Assembly: GCA_028865035.1 (NCBI GenBank)
Contig: JAGWLB010000005.1
Location: forward strand, 1 to 58,241
DNA length: 58,241 bases
Direction of reading: 5' to 3'
Source of the DNA: Patescibacteria group bacterium
Lineage (GTDB): Bacteria > Patescibacteriota > Minisyncoccia > Phycocordibacterales > UBA9973
In this document: positions 27,186 to 38,160 of the stretch, in pieces
Layout of the letters: every line of letters starts with the position of its first letter
How positions within the stretch are numbered: the first letter of the stretch is position 1
Notes under the pieces: model-generated
The model's database searches: none
Seen by the model: only the letters and a program-made list of their open reading frames with translations
What the model was told of the DNA's origin: nothing
Made by a program: the position numbers and the translations under genes

Positions 27186-27998
27186 ATGAACACCCTTGTC
27201 TTTATATTTGTTTTTTTACTAGGTATGATTATTGGGAGTTTCTTAAATGTTGTTATCTATAGATTCAATACGGGTAAATCTATATCTAAAGGAAGGTCAG
27301 TGTGTATGACTTGTAATAAGCAACTTCGTTGGTATGAATTAATACCTGTTTTTTCTTTTTTAATACAATCTGGTCGTTGCCGCAGATGTGCAAGTAACAT
27401 TTCGCATCAATATCCTTTAGTTGAGTTTATCACTGGCTTGATGTTTACATTAATTGTATTTCATTTCTACCCAGTGCTTTTTATTTCACAGAATTCATTT
27501 ATACTTCTAGTTATATTTTGGTCATTTATCTTTTCTTTATTATTAGTTATATCGGTTTATGACATTCGTCACAAAATTATTCCAGATAAATTGGTCTACG
27601 TATTCATAGTTGTATCATTCATTTTTCTTTTTATAAATCAGACGGGTGTTGGGCCTCTAATAATTCAAACATCACTTTCTCATATTGTTGCTGGTCCACT
27701 ATTTGCTCTACCATTTGCTCTGCTTTGGCTTTTAAGCAAAGGACGTCTTATGGGTTTGGGTGACTCGAAACTTATTTTAGGTATTGCTTGGGCTCTATCA
27801 CCGCTAGAAAGTTTTGCAGCTTTAACTTTATCATTCTGGATTGGGTCAATCGTTAGCCTAGCATTAATCTTCTTCTCTCGTAAAAAAGTAGGGATGAAAA
27901 CTGAGATACCGTTTGCACCATTCTTAGTATTGAGTACATTCATTGTTTTTTTCTATAGCTTAGACATTTTTTCTTTAATATCATTATTCCACCTTTAA
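27186..27998 (+). CDS. pilD: prepilin peptidase (A24 family) PilD
   Basis: Cys-rich CMTC...CRRC segment, catalytic-Asp context VYDIRHKIIPD and GLGDSKL. Confidence 0.85.
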   Translation: MNTLVFIFVFLLGMIIGSFLNVVIYRFNTGKSISKGRSVCMTCNKQLRWYELIPVFSFLIQSGRCRRCASNISHQYPLVEFITGLMFTLIVFHFYPVLFISQNSFILLVIFWSFIFSLLLVISVYDIRHKIIPDKLVYVFIVVSFIFLFINQTGVGPLIIQTSLSHIVAGPLFALPFALLWLLSKGRLMGLGDSKLILGIAWALSPLESFAALTLSFWIGSIVSLALIFFSRKKVGMKTEIPFAPFLVLSTFIVFFYSLDIFSLISLFHL

Positions 27999-28008
27999 TC
28001 CTTAATAA

Positions 28009-28674
28009 ATGAAAAAAATTTTTTTCAAAAATAAATATTTTGACAACAAACAAAAGGGGATGACTCTCATAGAGCTTATGGTTGTTATCGCCATCTTTAT
28101 GATTGTGTCTGGTATTATTATGTTTGATTATAATGGATTTAGATCAAACGTTTCTATCCAGAACTTAGCTGATGATATAGCGTTATCAATACGCAGTGTT
28201 CAGAATTATGCTATAGGAGTACAAAGCTCTCAAAGTTCTCAATTCTCTAAAGGTTATGGTATTCATTTTTCAACTGCAGCAACAGCTATATATCCTTTAG
28301 CTGGTTACAATAAATCTTTTATTGTATACAATGATTTAAATAACAATAATTATTATGATTACTCTACTTCTGCCTCTGTGTGCAACACTACCACTCTAGC
28401 GAACGGTAATGAATGTATAAATATGATAAATATTACAAGTAATGATTATATATCTCAGATATGTTCAGGTACAGGAAGTAATAGTTGTAATCATACTTCT
28501 GTGAACATAAATTTCCTTCGTCCCAATCCAGATGCTACAATTTGCTTAGACAGTCCAAATCCCTGCACGATATCTAATGGTGTTTCAAACGTAGATATAA
28601 TTATTAAAAACGCACAGAGTAATGCTACGAAAACTATATCTGTTTCAAATGTTGGACAGATAAGTGTTAAATAA
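28009..28674 (+). CDS. minor pilin / pseudopilin
   Basis: KGMTLIELMVVIAIFMIVSGIIMF. Confidence 0.7.
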   Translation: MKKIFFKNKYFDNKQKGMTLIELMVVIAIFMIVSGIIMFDYNGFRSNVSIQNLADDIALSIRSVQNYAIGVQSSQSSQFSKGYGIHFSTAATAIYPLAGYNKSFIVYNDLNNNNYYDYSTSASVCNTTTLANGNECINMINITSNDYISQICSGTGSNSCNHTSVNINFLRPNPDATICLDSPNPCTISNGVSNVDIIIKNAQSNATKTISVSNVGQISVK

Positions 28675-28675
28675 T

Positions 28676-29224
28676 ATGAATAATCATTCACTTAAAATTA
28701 AAGGATTTACTCTAGTCGAGATTATGGTATCTCTGTCGATTTTTATGATTATAATGGTTATAGCTTTAGGGGCGCTTGTGTCAGCATCTAATGACGCAGG
28801 TAATGCTAGAGCTCTGCGTTCTGCGATGGATAATGTAAACTTTGCAATGGAATCTATGACTAGATCGCTACGCACTGGTAGTGAGTATTATTGTAGTAAT
28901 ACTATTACTCTTCCATTTTCAAGCGCAACGACTAGAGATTGTAATGGTGAATCAGGGATTGCCTTTATGCCAGCTACTAGCACTAACCAAGATACGGCTT
29001 ATATAAGTAATAATGGCGCATTACAAGTTTGTCACCCTAACTGTGTTGATATTACTTCTCCTGATGTATCTATTGATATGTTAAAGTTTTTCGTTAAAGG
29101 TACTTCTACAACTGACAATATTCAACCAAGTATTTATATAATAATGAAAGGCACCGTGACCATTAAAGGCGTACCGAATACTTTTGCCATACAGACAATG
29201 GTATCTCAACGTTCAAGCGAATAA
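28676..29224 (+). CDS. minor pilin / pseudopilin
   Basis: KGFTLVEIMVSLSIFMIIMVIALGALV. Confidence 0.7.
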   Translation: MNNHSLKIKGFTLVEIMVSLSIFMIIMVIALGALVSASNDAGNARALRSAMDNVNFAMESMTRSLRTGSEYYCSNTITLPFSSATTRDCNGESGIAFMPATSTNQDTAYISNNGALQVCHPNCVDITSPDVSIDMLKFFVKGTSTTDNIQPSIYIIMKGTVTIKGVPNTFAIQTMVSQRSSE

Positions 29225-29225
29225 T

Positions 29226-29801
29226 ATGAAATCAAAAAATTTACAAAAAAATACTGGCTTCACACTTATAGAGACTATGGTTGCTATATTCATATTAACC
29301 CTAGCTATGAATGCTTTGATGGGTCTTATCTCTAGTAGTTTATTCTCGGCTCGTTATGCTCGTAACGAAATTGTTGCTAATTATTTAGTACAAGAAGCAG
29401 TAGACTATATCAGAAATGATCGAGACACTACAGCTCTGCAACATTACGGAGGAGGTACTTGGAATAGTTTTTTATCCAAATATGGATCCTCAACTTCAGG
29501 TACTGAATGTTTTAATTCTACTAATGGATGCGAAATAGAACCAGCCAATAGTACTATTCAAGCCTGTCCTAGTAGTGGTTGTGGTTTATTAAACTATGAT
29601 GGCAATGCTACAAATAATGATTTCTATACTTATCTAACACCTAGTGGTTTTTCTACTACTACTTTTAGTAGACAAGTAAAAATGTCTATAAATAGCAAGA
29701 ATGCTGACGAGTTAGATATTACAATTACAGTTAAATGGAAAAATGGTAATATCTCTCGAACAAAAACACTATCAGTAAGTTTGCTTAACTGGCTACAGTA
29801 A
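29226..29801 (+). CDS. minor pilin / pseudopilin
   Basis: TGFTLIETMVAIFILTLAMNAL. The ATG at 29226 is preferred over the start at 29184. Confidence 0.7.
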   Translation: MKSKNLQKNTGFTLIETMVAIFILTLAMNALMGLISSSLFSARYARNEIVANYLVQEAVDYIRNDRDTTALQHYGGGTWNSFLSKYGSSTSGTECFNSTNGCEIEPANSTIQACPSSGCGLLNYDGNATNNDFYTYLTPSGFSTTTFSRQVKMSINSKNADELDITITVKWKNGNISRTKTLSVSLLNWLQ

Positions 29802-29820
29802 TTAGTATAATAAATTATAT

Positions 29821-32366
<2,546 letters not shown>

Positions 32367-32394
32367 ATGACTGATAATATGTTATTCTAGGTTT

Positions 32395-32673
32395 ATGGAA
32401 TTAGAAGATATTAAGAATTTAGCCCAGATGGCTCGAATAGATATGAGCGATAATGAGCTTGCTGATATGGCCAGTGATTTTGGCCCTATTTTAGAGTATG
32501 TAGGCCAGATAGGAGAAGTGAAGCAGTCTTTGGAAATTAAACCTAATTATACATTGCAAAATGTTGTCCGGGAAGATGTATCAACAAACAAAACTGGTGA
32601 ATATACTGAGAGGATTATTGAACAAATGCCAGATTCGCAGGACGGGTTCTTGAAAGTAAAACAAATTCTATGA
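32395..32673 (+). CDS. gatC: Asp/Glu-tRNA amidotransferase subunit C
   Basis: Size, IKNLAQMARIDMSDNE start, and 4-nt overlap with gatA. Confidence 0.85.
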   Translation: MELEDIKNLAQMARIDMSDNELADMASDFGPILEYVGQIGEVKQSLEIKPNYTLQNVVREDVSTNKTGEYTERIIEQMPDSQDGFLKVKQIL

Positions 32674-34091
32674 TTGATTTAAAAGCTCTCACAATAGAAA
32701 AAACCCACGAGCATTTTAAGAATGGCGACTTTACTATTACCGATCTAGTAAATGCTTATCTTGATGTGATTAAAGAAAAAAACAAAGATATAAATGCCTA
32801 TCTAGAAGTTTACACTGATATCAAAGAACAAATTAAAAATGCTGAAGAAATGTTCGCAAATGGGACCTCTACTCTTATGACAGGTATTCCTATTGCCCTA
32901 AAAGATAATATGCTTTTTACGGGACATACTGTTTCTGCTGGATCGAAAATACTTGATGGCTATGTAGCTACATACGATGCAGGTGTAGTAAAACAATTAA
33001 AATCAAAAGGAGCGATTATTTTAGGCCGTGCAAATATGGATGAATTTGCTATGGGTTCATCGACCGAAACTAGTGCCTACGGTGTTACTCGTAACCCCGT
33101 AAATAGAGATTACGTACCTGGAGGTACTTCAGGTGGATCAGCCGCAGCTGTGGCTATGGATGGAGCTTTAGTTACTCTTGGCAGCGATACTGGTGGGTCT
33201 ATTCGTCAGCCCGCATCGTTTTGTGGTGTTGTCGGTATGAAGCCAACTTATGGAAATGTGTCGCGTTTTGGGATTATTGCGATGGCAAGTTCTTTAGATC
33301 AAGTGGGCCCTATGGGTAAAACCGTTCGTGATGTAGAAATACTTTACAATGCTATAAATGACCACGACACAGATGATAGTACGTCCATTCCAAATGAGCT
33401 ACGAATAAAAAAAGATAAACTCAAAAAAGTAATTGGTGTACCTAAAGATTTTTTACTCAGTGATGGTATCAACAAAGAAGTAATAAAGAACTTTGAAGAA
33501 AGTTGCAAGAAATTAGAAAAAGAAGGGTATACGCTTGTAGATATATCACTGCCACTTATTAAATACTCACTAGCTGTGTATTATATTGTTATGCCAGCAG
33601 AGGTTTCAAGTAACCTAGCAAGATTTGATGGTATTCGCTACGGTCAATCTGCTCCTGCTGATAGTATATACGATGTTTATGCAAAGACTCGTGGAGCTTT
33701 CTTTGGAAAAGAAGTTCGTCGAAGAATCTTACTGGGTACATATATACTCTCTCATGGATACTATGATGCTTATTACAATAAAGCTGTAAATGTCCGTGAG
33801 TTAATTAAAGCTGAGCTTGCTCAAGTTTTTGAAAAAGTTGATGCTATTATTACTCCGACAGTACCATTCCCCCCATTTAAGTTTGGTGAAAAATTAAAAG
33901 ATCCTATAGCGATGTATATGTCTGATTTATTTACTGTACCTGCAAATATTGCCGGTGTTCCTGCTATGTCAGTTCCTTCTGGCAAGACAGAAGAAGGACT
34001 TCCTTTAGGTTTACATATTATGACTGCCCATTTTCAGGAAGATATTCTTTTTGCTATAGGAAAAGACTTTGAGAATGCATTGAAAAACTAG
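32670..34091 (+). CDS. gatA: Asp/Glu-tRNA amidotransferase subunit A
   Basis: Amidase signature GGTSGGSAAAVA...GSDTGGSIRQPASFCG. Confidence 0.92.
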   Translation: MIDLKALTIEKTHEHFKNGDFTITDLVNAYLDVIKEKNKDINAYLEVYTDIKEQIKNAEEMFANGTSTLMTGIPIALKDNMLFTGHTVSAGSKILDGYVATYDAGVVKQLKSKGAIILGRANMDEFAMGSSTETSAYGVTRNPVNRDYVPGGTSGGSAAAVAMDGALVTLGSDTGGSIRQPASFCGVVGMKPTYGNVSRFGIIAMASSLDQVGPMGKTVRDVEILYNAINDHDTDDSTSIPNELRIKKDKLKKVIGVPKDFLLSDGINKEVIKNFEESCKKLEKEGYTLVDISLPLIKYSLAVYYIVMPAEVSSNLARFDGIRYGQSAPADSIYDVYAKTRGAFFGKEVRRRILLGTYILSHGYYDAYYNKAVNVRELIKAELAQVFEKVDAIITPTVPFPPFKFGEKLKDPIAMYMSDLFTVPANIAGVPAMSVPSGKTEEGLPLGLHIMTAHFQEDILFAIGKDFENALKN

Positions 34092-34097
34092 TATAAT
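34092..34097 (+). promoter_or_regulatory. -10 box TATAAT, 7 nt upstream of the ATG at 34105
   Basis: Read directly. Confidence 0.4.
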
Positions 34098-34104
34098 ATA
34101 ACTT

Positions 34105-34719
34105 ATGGATCAGCAAGGCATTGTCCAACCTCTCATAAGTAAACCTCTTTTTCAACCAACATATATTAATATTGATTATGTTTTTAATAAAATATATACA
34201 GCTATTAAACCAATAGTTGATTTCTTTGCTAGTTCACATACTTGGGTTGTGCTAGGTATTATATCCTCATTTATTTCTATTATTTGTATTGCTATTATAA
34301 TATTTTCACTTGTTCGAATGAGAGAAATACAGTTAGAGGAAAAAAGGGAGATTGACCATGAGATACACGAAGCACTTTTACTAGACAAGCAAAAAGAGCG
34401 CAATCAAAATCCACGATGGCACTACGTACTTACCCTTATAGAAAGCTCAAATGAATCAGACTGGCGTGTAGCTATTATAGAAGCGGATTCTATGCTCGAA
34501 GAATTATTAAGGAATAAAGGATTTACAGGGAATACAACAAGTGAACTTCTGGAATCTGCTCGCTCGAACGGTTACCAGACGATACAAAATGCTTGGGATG
34601 CACATCTAGTCCGCAATCAGATAGCTCACGCGGGAGCAGAGTTCTCATTGACTCAGCTAGAAGGACGACGAGTTATAAAACTATTCCAAAGCTTTTTTGA
34701 AGAGTTGGGAGTTATATAG
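34105..34719 (+). CDS. membrane-anchored protein with C-terminal HEPN/DUF4145-like helical domain
   Basis: One TM helix. The C-terminal segment carries RNQIAH (an Rx4H motif). Confidence 0.45.
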   Translation: MDQQGIVQPLISKPLFQPTYINIDYVFNKIYTAIKPIVDFFASSHTWVVLGIISSFISIICIAIIIFSLVRMREIQLEEKREIDHEIHEALLLDKQKERNQNPRWHYVLTLIESSNESDWRVAIIEADSMLEELLRNKGFTGNTTSELLESARSNGYQTIQNAWDAHLVRNQIAHAGAEFSLTQLEGRRVIKLFQSFFEELGVI

Positions 34720-34747
34720 ATGACATCAAACAATACTTATAAATTAG

Positions 34748-35488
34748 TTATTTTACTTCAAATTTATTAATAACAACACTTTTTGTAGTATTGTTAAATT
34801 CATACTCAAAAGTAGCATTGCTTTGTATATGTCCATCCTCATATGTTACTTCACCTCTATGTAAGGCAGGGTTTACTATAATAGATACTACATACCAAGA
34901 TCCACCAAGTACTGGCTTGTCTGTTGCAATTGTTTTTATATTATCTCTGACATATTTCTCGACAGTAATCATTTCATCAAGATTTTCACATTGTATTTGA
35001 CCAAGAGTAGGGGTATATGTTAGTTGTGATTTATCTTTATATATATAAACACCATCACCTTGATTTATCATTTCTCCAGAGGCAACACTAGCACTACCAT
35101 CACCAAATTCTGCAATTAGCTCTTGTTTTATTTGTAGACCTTGAGATAAATAATTCCACCAAAGGTTTGCTGTCCGACCCATAATTTTTTGATTGAGTGG
35201 ACCAACTGTACCTTCAATAGTCCCAATCTTAGAATCTTTTTCTGCTGGAGAGTTATTAAATTCACCAGAAACATTTTCACCAGTAATATTTAATCTTAAC
35301 CAAGCTTTATCGTATTGCCCATTATTTATTTCCTTAGAGTAATAATAGCAAAGAGATTGTGTCTCTTTTGGAATTATTACTTTAGTATCTCCATTTTCTT
35401 CTAGGTTTTTATTTTCTCCAATTAACAAAAAGCCAACAATTATGAGGATAAAAGCAAATATTATAAGTATAATAATATTCTTCTTCAT
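34748..35488 (-). CDS. N-terminally anchored extracytoplasmic protein, function unknown
   Basis: MKKNIIILIIFAFILIIVGFLLIG anchor. An internal ATG was chosen as the start. Confidence 0.45.
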   Translation of the reverse strand: MKKNIIILIIFAFILIIVGFLLIGENKNLEENGDTKVIIPKETQSLCYYYSKEINNGQYDKAWLRLNITGENVSGEFNNSPAEKDSKIGTIEGTVGPLNQKIMGRTANLWWNYLSQGLQIKQELIAEFGDGSASVASGEMINQGDGVYIYKDKSQLTYTPTLGQIQCENLDEMITVEKYVRDNIKTIATDKPVLGGSWYVVSIIVNPALHRGEVTYEDGHIQSNATFEYEFNNTTKSVVINKFEVK

Positions 35489-35608
35489 ATCTAAATGGTA
35501 GCATAATAAATATATTATATTAAACAAACTTATACCCTTTAAATACTATGTAAATATATGACTTAATAAAACAAACAATACCCCTTATTAAGGGGTATTG
35601 TTTGTTTG

Positions 35609-35682
35609 CGCGGTCGACCGGACTTGAACCGGCAACCTCTCGCGTGACAGGCGAGTGCTCTAACCAGTTGAGCTACGACCGC
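35609..35682 (-). tRNA. tRNA-Asp(GTC)
   Basis: GCGGTCG...CTCGC-CTGTCAC-GCGAG...GCCGG-TTCAAGT-CCGGT-CGACCGC-G. Confidence 0.9.
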
Positions 35683-35852
35683 GTATTGTTATTTATTCTG
35701 GAGACTCGACCTCTACAAGGTCAGTACACCTTTCATATTTATTCAGATGAGTACATTTTCATAAATAAATTCAAGGTCTTCGATTCCTCCATGAAAAGCC
35801 GTTCAGGCTTTTCTCGCACTACACAAACAAATACTTTGTATTTATCTGTTTG

Positions 35853-35926
35853 TGTCGGCGGGAGGAATCGAACCTCCGACCTCGGGCTTATGAGTCCCGC
35901 GCTCTAACCGTCTGAGCTACGCCGAC
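35853..35926 (-). tRNA. tRNA(CAT), elongator type (Met or lysidine-dependent Ile2)
   Basis: GTCGGCG-TA-GCTC...GAGC-G-CGGGA-CTCATAA-GCCCG-AGGTC-GGAGG-TTCGATT-CCTCC-CGCCGAC-A. Pair 1:72 is paired and 11:24 is C:G. Confidence 0.85.
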
Positions 35927-35974
35927 ATATTCGACACAGCTGACATATCTTTTGGCATGTCACTTGCCGACTTG

Positions 35975-36045
35975 TTGCGGGGCCTGGAATCGAACCAGGG
36001 TCTCAAGGTTATGAGCCTTACGAGATACCATTTCTCCACCCCGCT
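35975..36045 (-). tRNA. tRNA(CAT) with initiator-like features
   Basis: AGCGGGG-TG-GAGA-AATGGTA-TCTC-G-TAAGG-CTCATAA-CCTTG-AGAC-CCTGG-TTCGATT-CCAGG-CCCCGCA-A. It has a 1:72 A/A mismatch and A11:T24, but only two G:C pairs at the base of the anticodon stem. Confidence 0.7.
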
Positions 36046-36083
36046 ATAATACTACAAACTATCTAATATTGATATCATTTTTA

Positions 36084-36194
36084 TAGGCTCATAACCTTGG
36101 TTATTCGCACTATCAGTCCTTATCGGAGATACCATTTCCCTGCCTGCGCAGGCAGGTCCACCTCGCTATAATACTACAAACTATCTAATATTGA
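36084..36194 (-). pseudogene. rearranged pseudo-copy of the 5' part of tRNA(CAT) plus its upstream region, carrying the 18-bp palindrome
   Basis: 36126-36194 equals 36022-36072 plus the 18-bp insert, with 1 mismatch. 36084-36100 is an inverted copy of the anticodon arm. Confidence 0.6.
36139..36156. repeat. second copy of palindrome CCTGCCTGCGCAGGCAGG
   Basis: Identical to 3869-3886. Confidence 0.8.
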
Positions 36195-36420
36195 AATAAT
36201 ACATAATATACAAATATAATCTATATTATTCAAGCTAATTAGCTAAATCAGGAGATAACGTCTAGTAATACCTTTAAATAGTTATATTGCTATTGTACTT
36301 AAAATTAGAAATTTTGCAATCATATTATAAATTAAGTTAATAACATATATATTTTTACACATTATTAAAATAGGTTTATAATATAAGTAAACATATTTTA
36401 AATACTTAAAATAGACAGTC

Positions 36421-36642
36421 ATGAATGTACAAACAACCGACCTCACATCTTTGTTTGAAGCTTACGCTCACAACAAAAAAATCAAAACAAATCTTAGTAT
36501 GACTGAAATTCCCCATTATGAAGAAGTTTATGTGTGCATTATACCTTTTGCTGAAGACATAAGTTTTGTAAAAGATACAAAATGTCATTACAAAATCGAA
36601 AAAGTAGGCTACTTGTATAATGTATGGTTTTGGCCATATTAA
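36421..36642 (+). CDS. doubtful 73-aa ORF in the AT-rich spacer between divergent tRNA clusters
   Basis: ORF only; no recognisable motif. Confidence 0.2.
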   Translation: MNVQTTDLTSLFEAYAHNKKIKTNLSMTEIPHYEEVYVCIIPFAEDISFVKDTKCHYKIEKVGYLYNVWFWPY

Positions 36643-36738
36643 TATTTGTAAAGACTACAACAAATCCGAAAAATATGTTGTAGCCTTTTATTTTTACCTT
36701 TTGCAAAATAATCAAATTTAAACTAGTATATTTCATAT

Positions 36739-36764
36739 GCCGTTGTAGCTGTCTTGGTAGGTAT
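36739..36764 (+). pseudogene. 5' fragment of tRNA-Thr (acceptor + D-arm remnant)
   Basis: GCCGTTGTAGCTGTCTTGGTAGGTAT compared with the intact GCCGTTGTAGCTCAGTTGGTAGAGCA at 36806. Confidence 0.45.
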
Positions 36765-36805
36765 GAACTATAAGTTTGTCATTGTTAGTTAAAGTAATAT
36801 ATTAT

Positions 36806-36878
36806 GCCGTTGTAGCTCAGTTGGTAGAGCACTCCATTGGTAATGGGGAGGTCAGCAGTTCAATCCTGCTCAACGGCT
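36806..36878 (+). tRNA. tRNA-Thr(GGT)
   Basis: GCCGTTG...CTCCA-TTGGTAA-TGGGG...AGCAG-TTCAATC-CTGCT-CAACGGC-T. Confidence 0.9.
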
Positions 36879-36913
36879 CCGCAAGAGTTTGCCAAAGTTT
36901 ATTAAATTTTCTT

Positions 36914-36989
36914 GCCAAAGTAGCTCAGTTGGTAGAGCAACCCCTTCGTAAGGGGTAGGTCGTGAGTTCGATTCTCACCTTTGGCTCCA
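36914..36989 (+). tRNA. tRNA-Thr(CGT), CCA encoded
   Basis: GCCAAAG...ACCCC-TTCGTAA-GGGGT...GTGAG-TTCGATT-CTCAC-CTTTGGC-T-CCA. Confidence 0.9.
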
Positions 36990-36994
36990 TTTGT

Positions 36995-37000
36995 TATAAT
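36995..37000 (+). promoter_or_regulatory. -10 box TATAAT, 6 nt upstream of the ATG at 37007
   Basis: Read directly. It lies immediately after tRNA-Thr(CGT). Confidence 0.4.
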
Positions 37001-37006
37001 AGACGT

Positions 37007-38137
37007 ATGTCAGAAATTCTAGAAGAATCGAAAAAAGATATCTTCTTACTTGTCACCAAAGATAAAAGTATTCTTGATCCCACTTCTCCAGCGGGAAAGT
37101 TTGTCACAGACATTGAATCTGTGGTTTCTCAATTACATATTGTTTATATCGGAAAGGACAAGAAATCGGCAGAAAAAGTGAATAATAACACTTGGGTATA
37201 TAAAGTGAAGAACATCCCATTTTTTAGTTTTTTTGCGGTTTACCACGTTATTCATTTTCAATTAGTTTGGAAAAAGCATTTTCAACCAACTGTTATTATT
37301 AGTATGGGTGATGAAATTAAGATTGCCAAAAGACTTTCAGAAAAATATCATCGACCAATGTATGTTTTTTATTCATATATGAAGGCATTGGGTAGAAAGA
37401 GTGTATCAATTAGTTCTCTCACTCACGCTAAACCTAAAAAGATTTTTATTCCAAATGCTTATATAAGTGAAGCGATTGAAAATTACCCAGGATTTAAACC
37501 CGCAGAAACTGAAATTAAAATTTTAACAGAATATATAGATGTGGCAAACCTTGAAAATATGTTTAACAATAAGCATGTTGAAGGCGATGCCACTACTAGG
37601 AATAAGATTTTTACGATGTTGGTTTTTCCCAGAAACGCTAATCTGAAATCTTTTCGGATGATTCAAGCAATAGCAAAGGAAGTTAAAATTTCTATCGCCA
37701 GATTCCAATTTTATGTAGTTATTAAAGATAGTCAGATCCTGTGGGCTAAAATATTAAGACGTTTCCTAGGGATACCCCTGAACCTTATTAATGAAAAGGA
37801 AGAATCTGTTAATCTTTTTCATGCCTCGCAGATGATGCTATATTTTGATACAAAGAAGACCCCTTACGAACCAATCTTGTACTCCTTTGTCTCTGGCTGT
37901 CCAGTGCTTTCCACGGGAGATGAATATAGTCAGACGATTCTGTTTAACTCAGGGTTAGAAGAGTACGGCAAGCTAGCTAGAGATGGAAAAATGTTTGGTC
38001 AATTAATAAAGAAATTAATAAATGATCCGTATCTTTATACCAAATATAAAATGAACTGTGTCGGATTCGCAAAAGCTGCATTTACTCACGATCACGATTT
38101 GTATATTAGTAAGCTTAAAGAGAGTTTAAATGTCTAA
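37007..38137 (+). CDS. hypothetical protein; C-terminal half loosely resembles a GT-B (group 1) glycosyltransferase
   Basis: The start at 37007 avoids overlap with the tRNA. The only support is a weak C-terminal pattern (GCPVLSTGDEYSQTI). Confidence 0.4.
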   Translation: MSEILEESKKDIFLLVTKDKSILDPTSPAGKFVTDIESVVSQLHIVYIGKDKKSAEKVNNNTWVYKVKNIPFFSFFAVYHVIHFQLVWKKHFQPTVIISMGDEIKIAKRLSEKYHRPMYVFYSYMKALGRKSVSISSLTHAKPKKIFIPNAYISEAIENYPGFKPAETEIKILTEYIDVANLENMFNNKHVEGDATTRNKIFTMLVFPRNANLKSFRMIQAIAKEVKISIARFQFYVVIKDSQILWAKILRRFLGIPLNLINEKEESVNLFHASQMMLYFDTKKTPYEPILYSFVSGCPVLSTGDEYSQTILFNSGLEEYGKLARDGKMFGQLIKKLINDPYLYTKYKMNCVGFAKAAFTHDHDLYISKLKESLNV

Positions 38138-38148
38138 GTTTATTTTGC

Positions 38149-38154
38149 TATAAT
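38149..38154 (+). promoter_or_regulatory. -10 box TATAAT, 6 nt upstream of the prfB ATG
   Basis: Read directly. Confidence 0.45.
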
Positions 38155-38160
38155 AGATCA

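Noticed and set aside
35602-35907. 101-aa ORF in the track spanning the tRNA-Asp / tRNA(CAT) region
   Set aside because: It is the antisense read-through of two canonical tRNA genes and their spacer, and it has no coding features.
36776-36958. 60-aa ORF in the track
   Set aside because: It is the sense-strand translation of tRNA-Thr(GGT) and the 5' part of tRNA-Thr(CGT).
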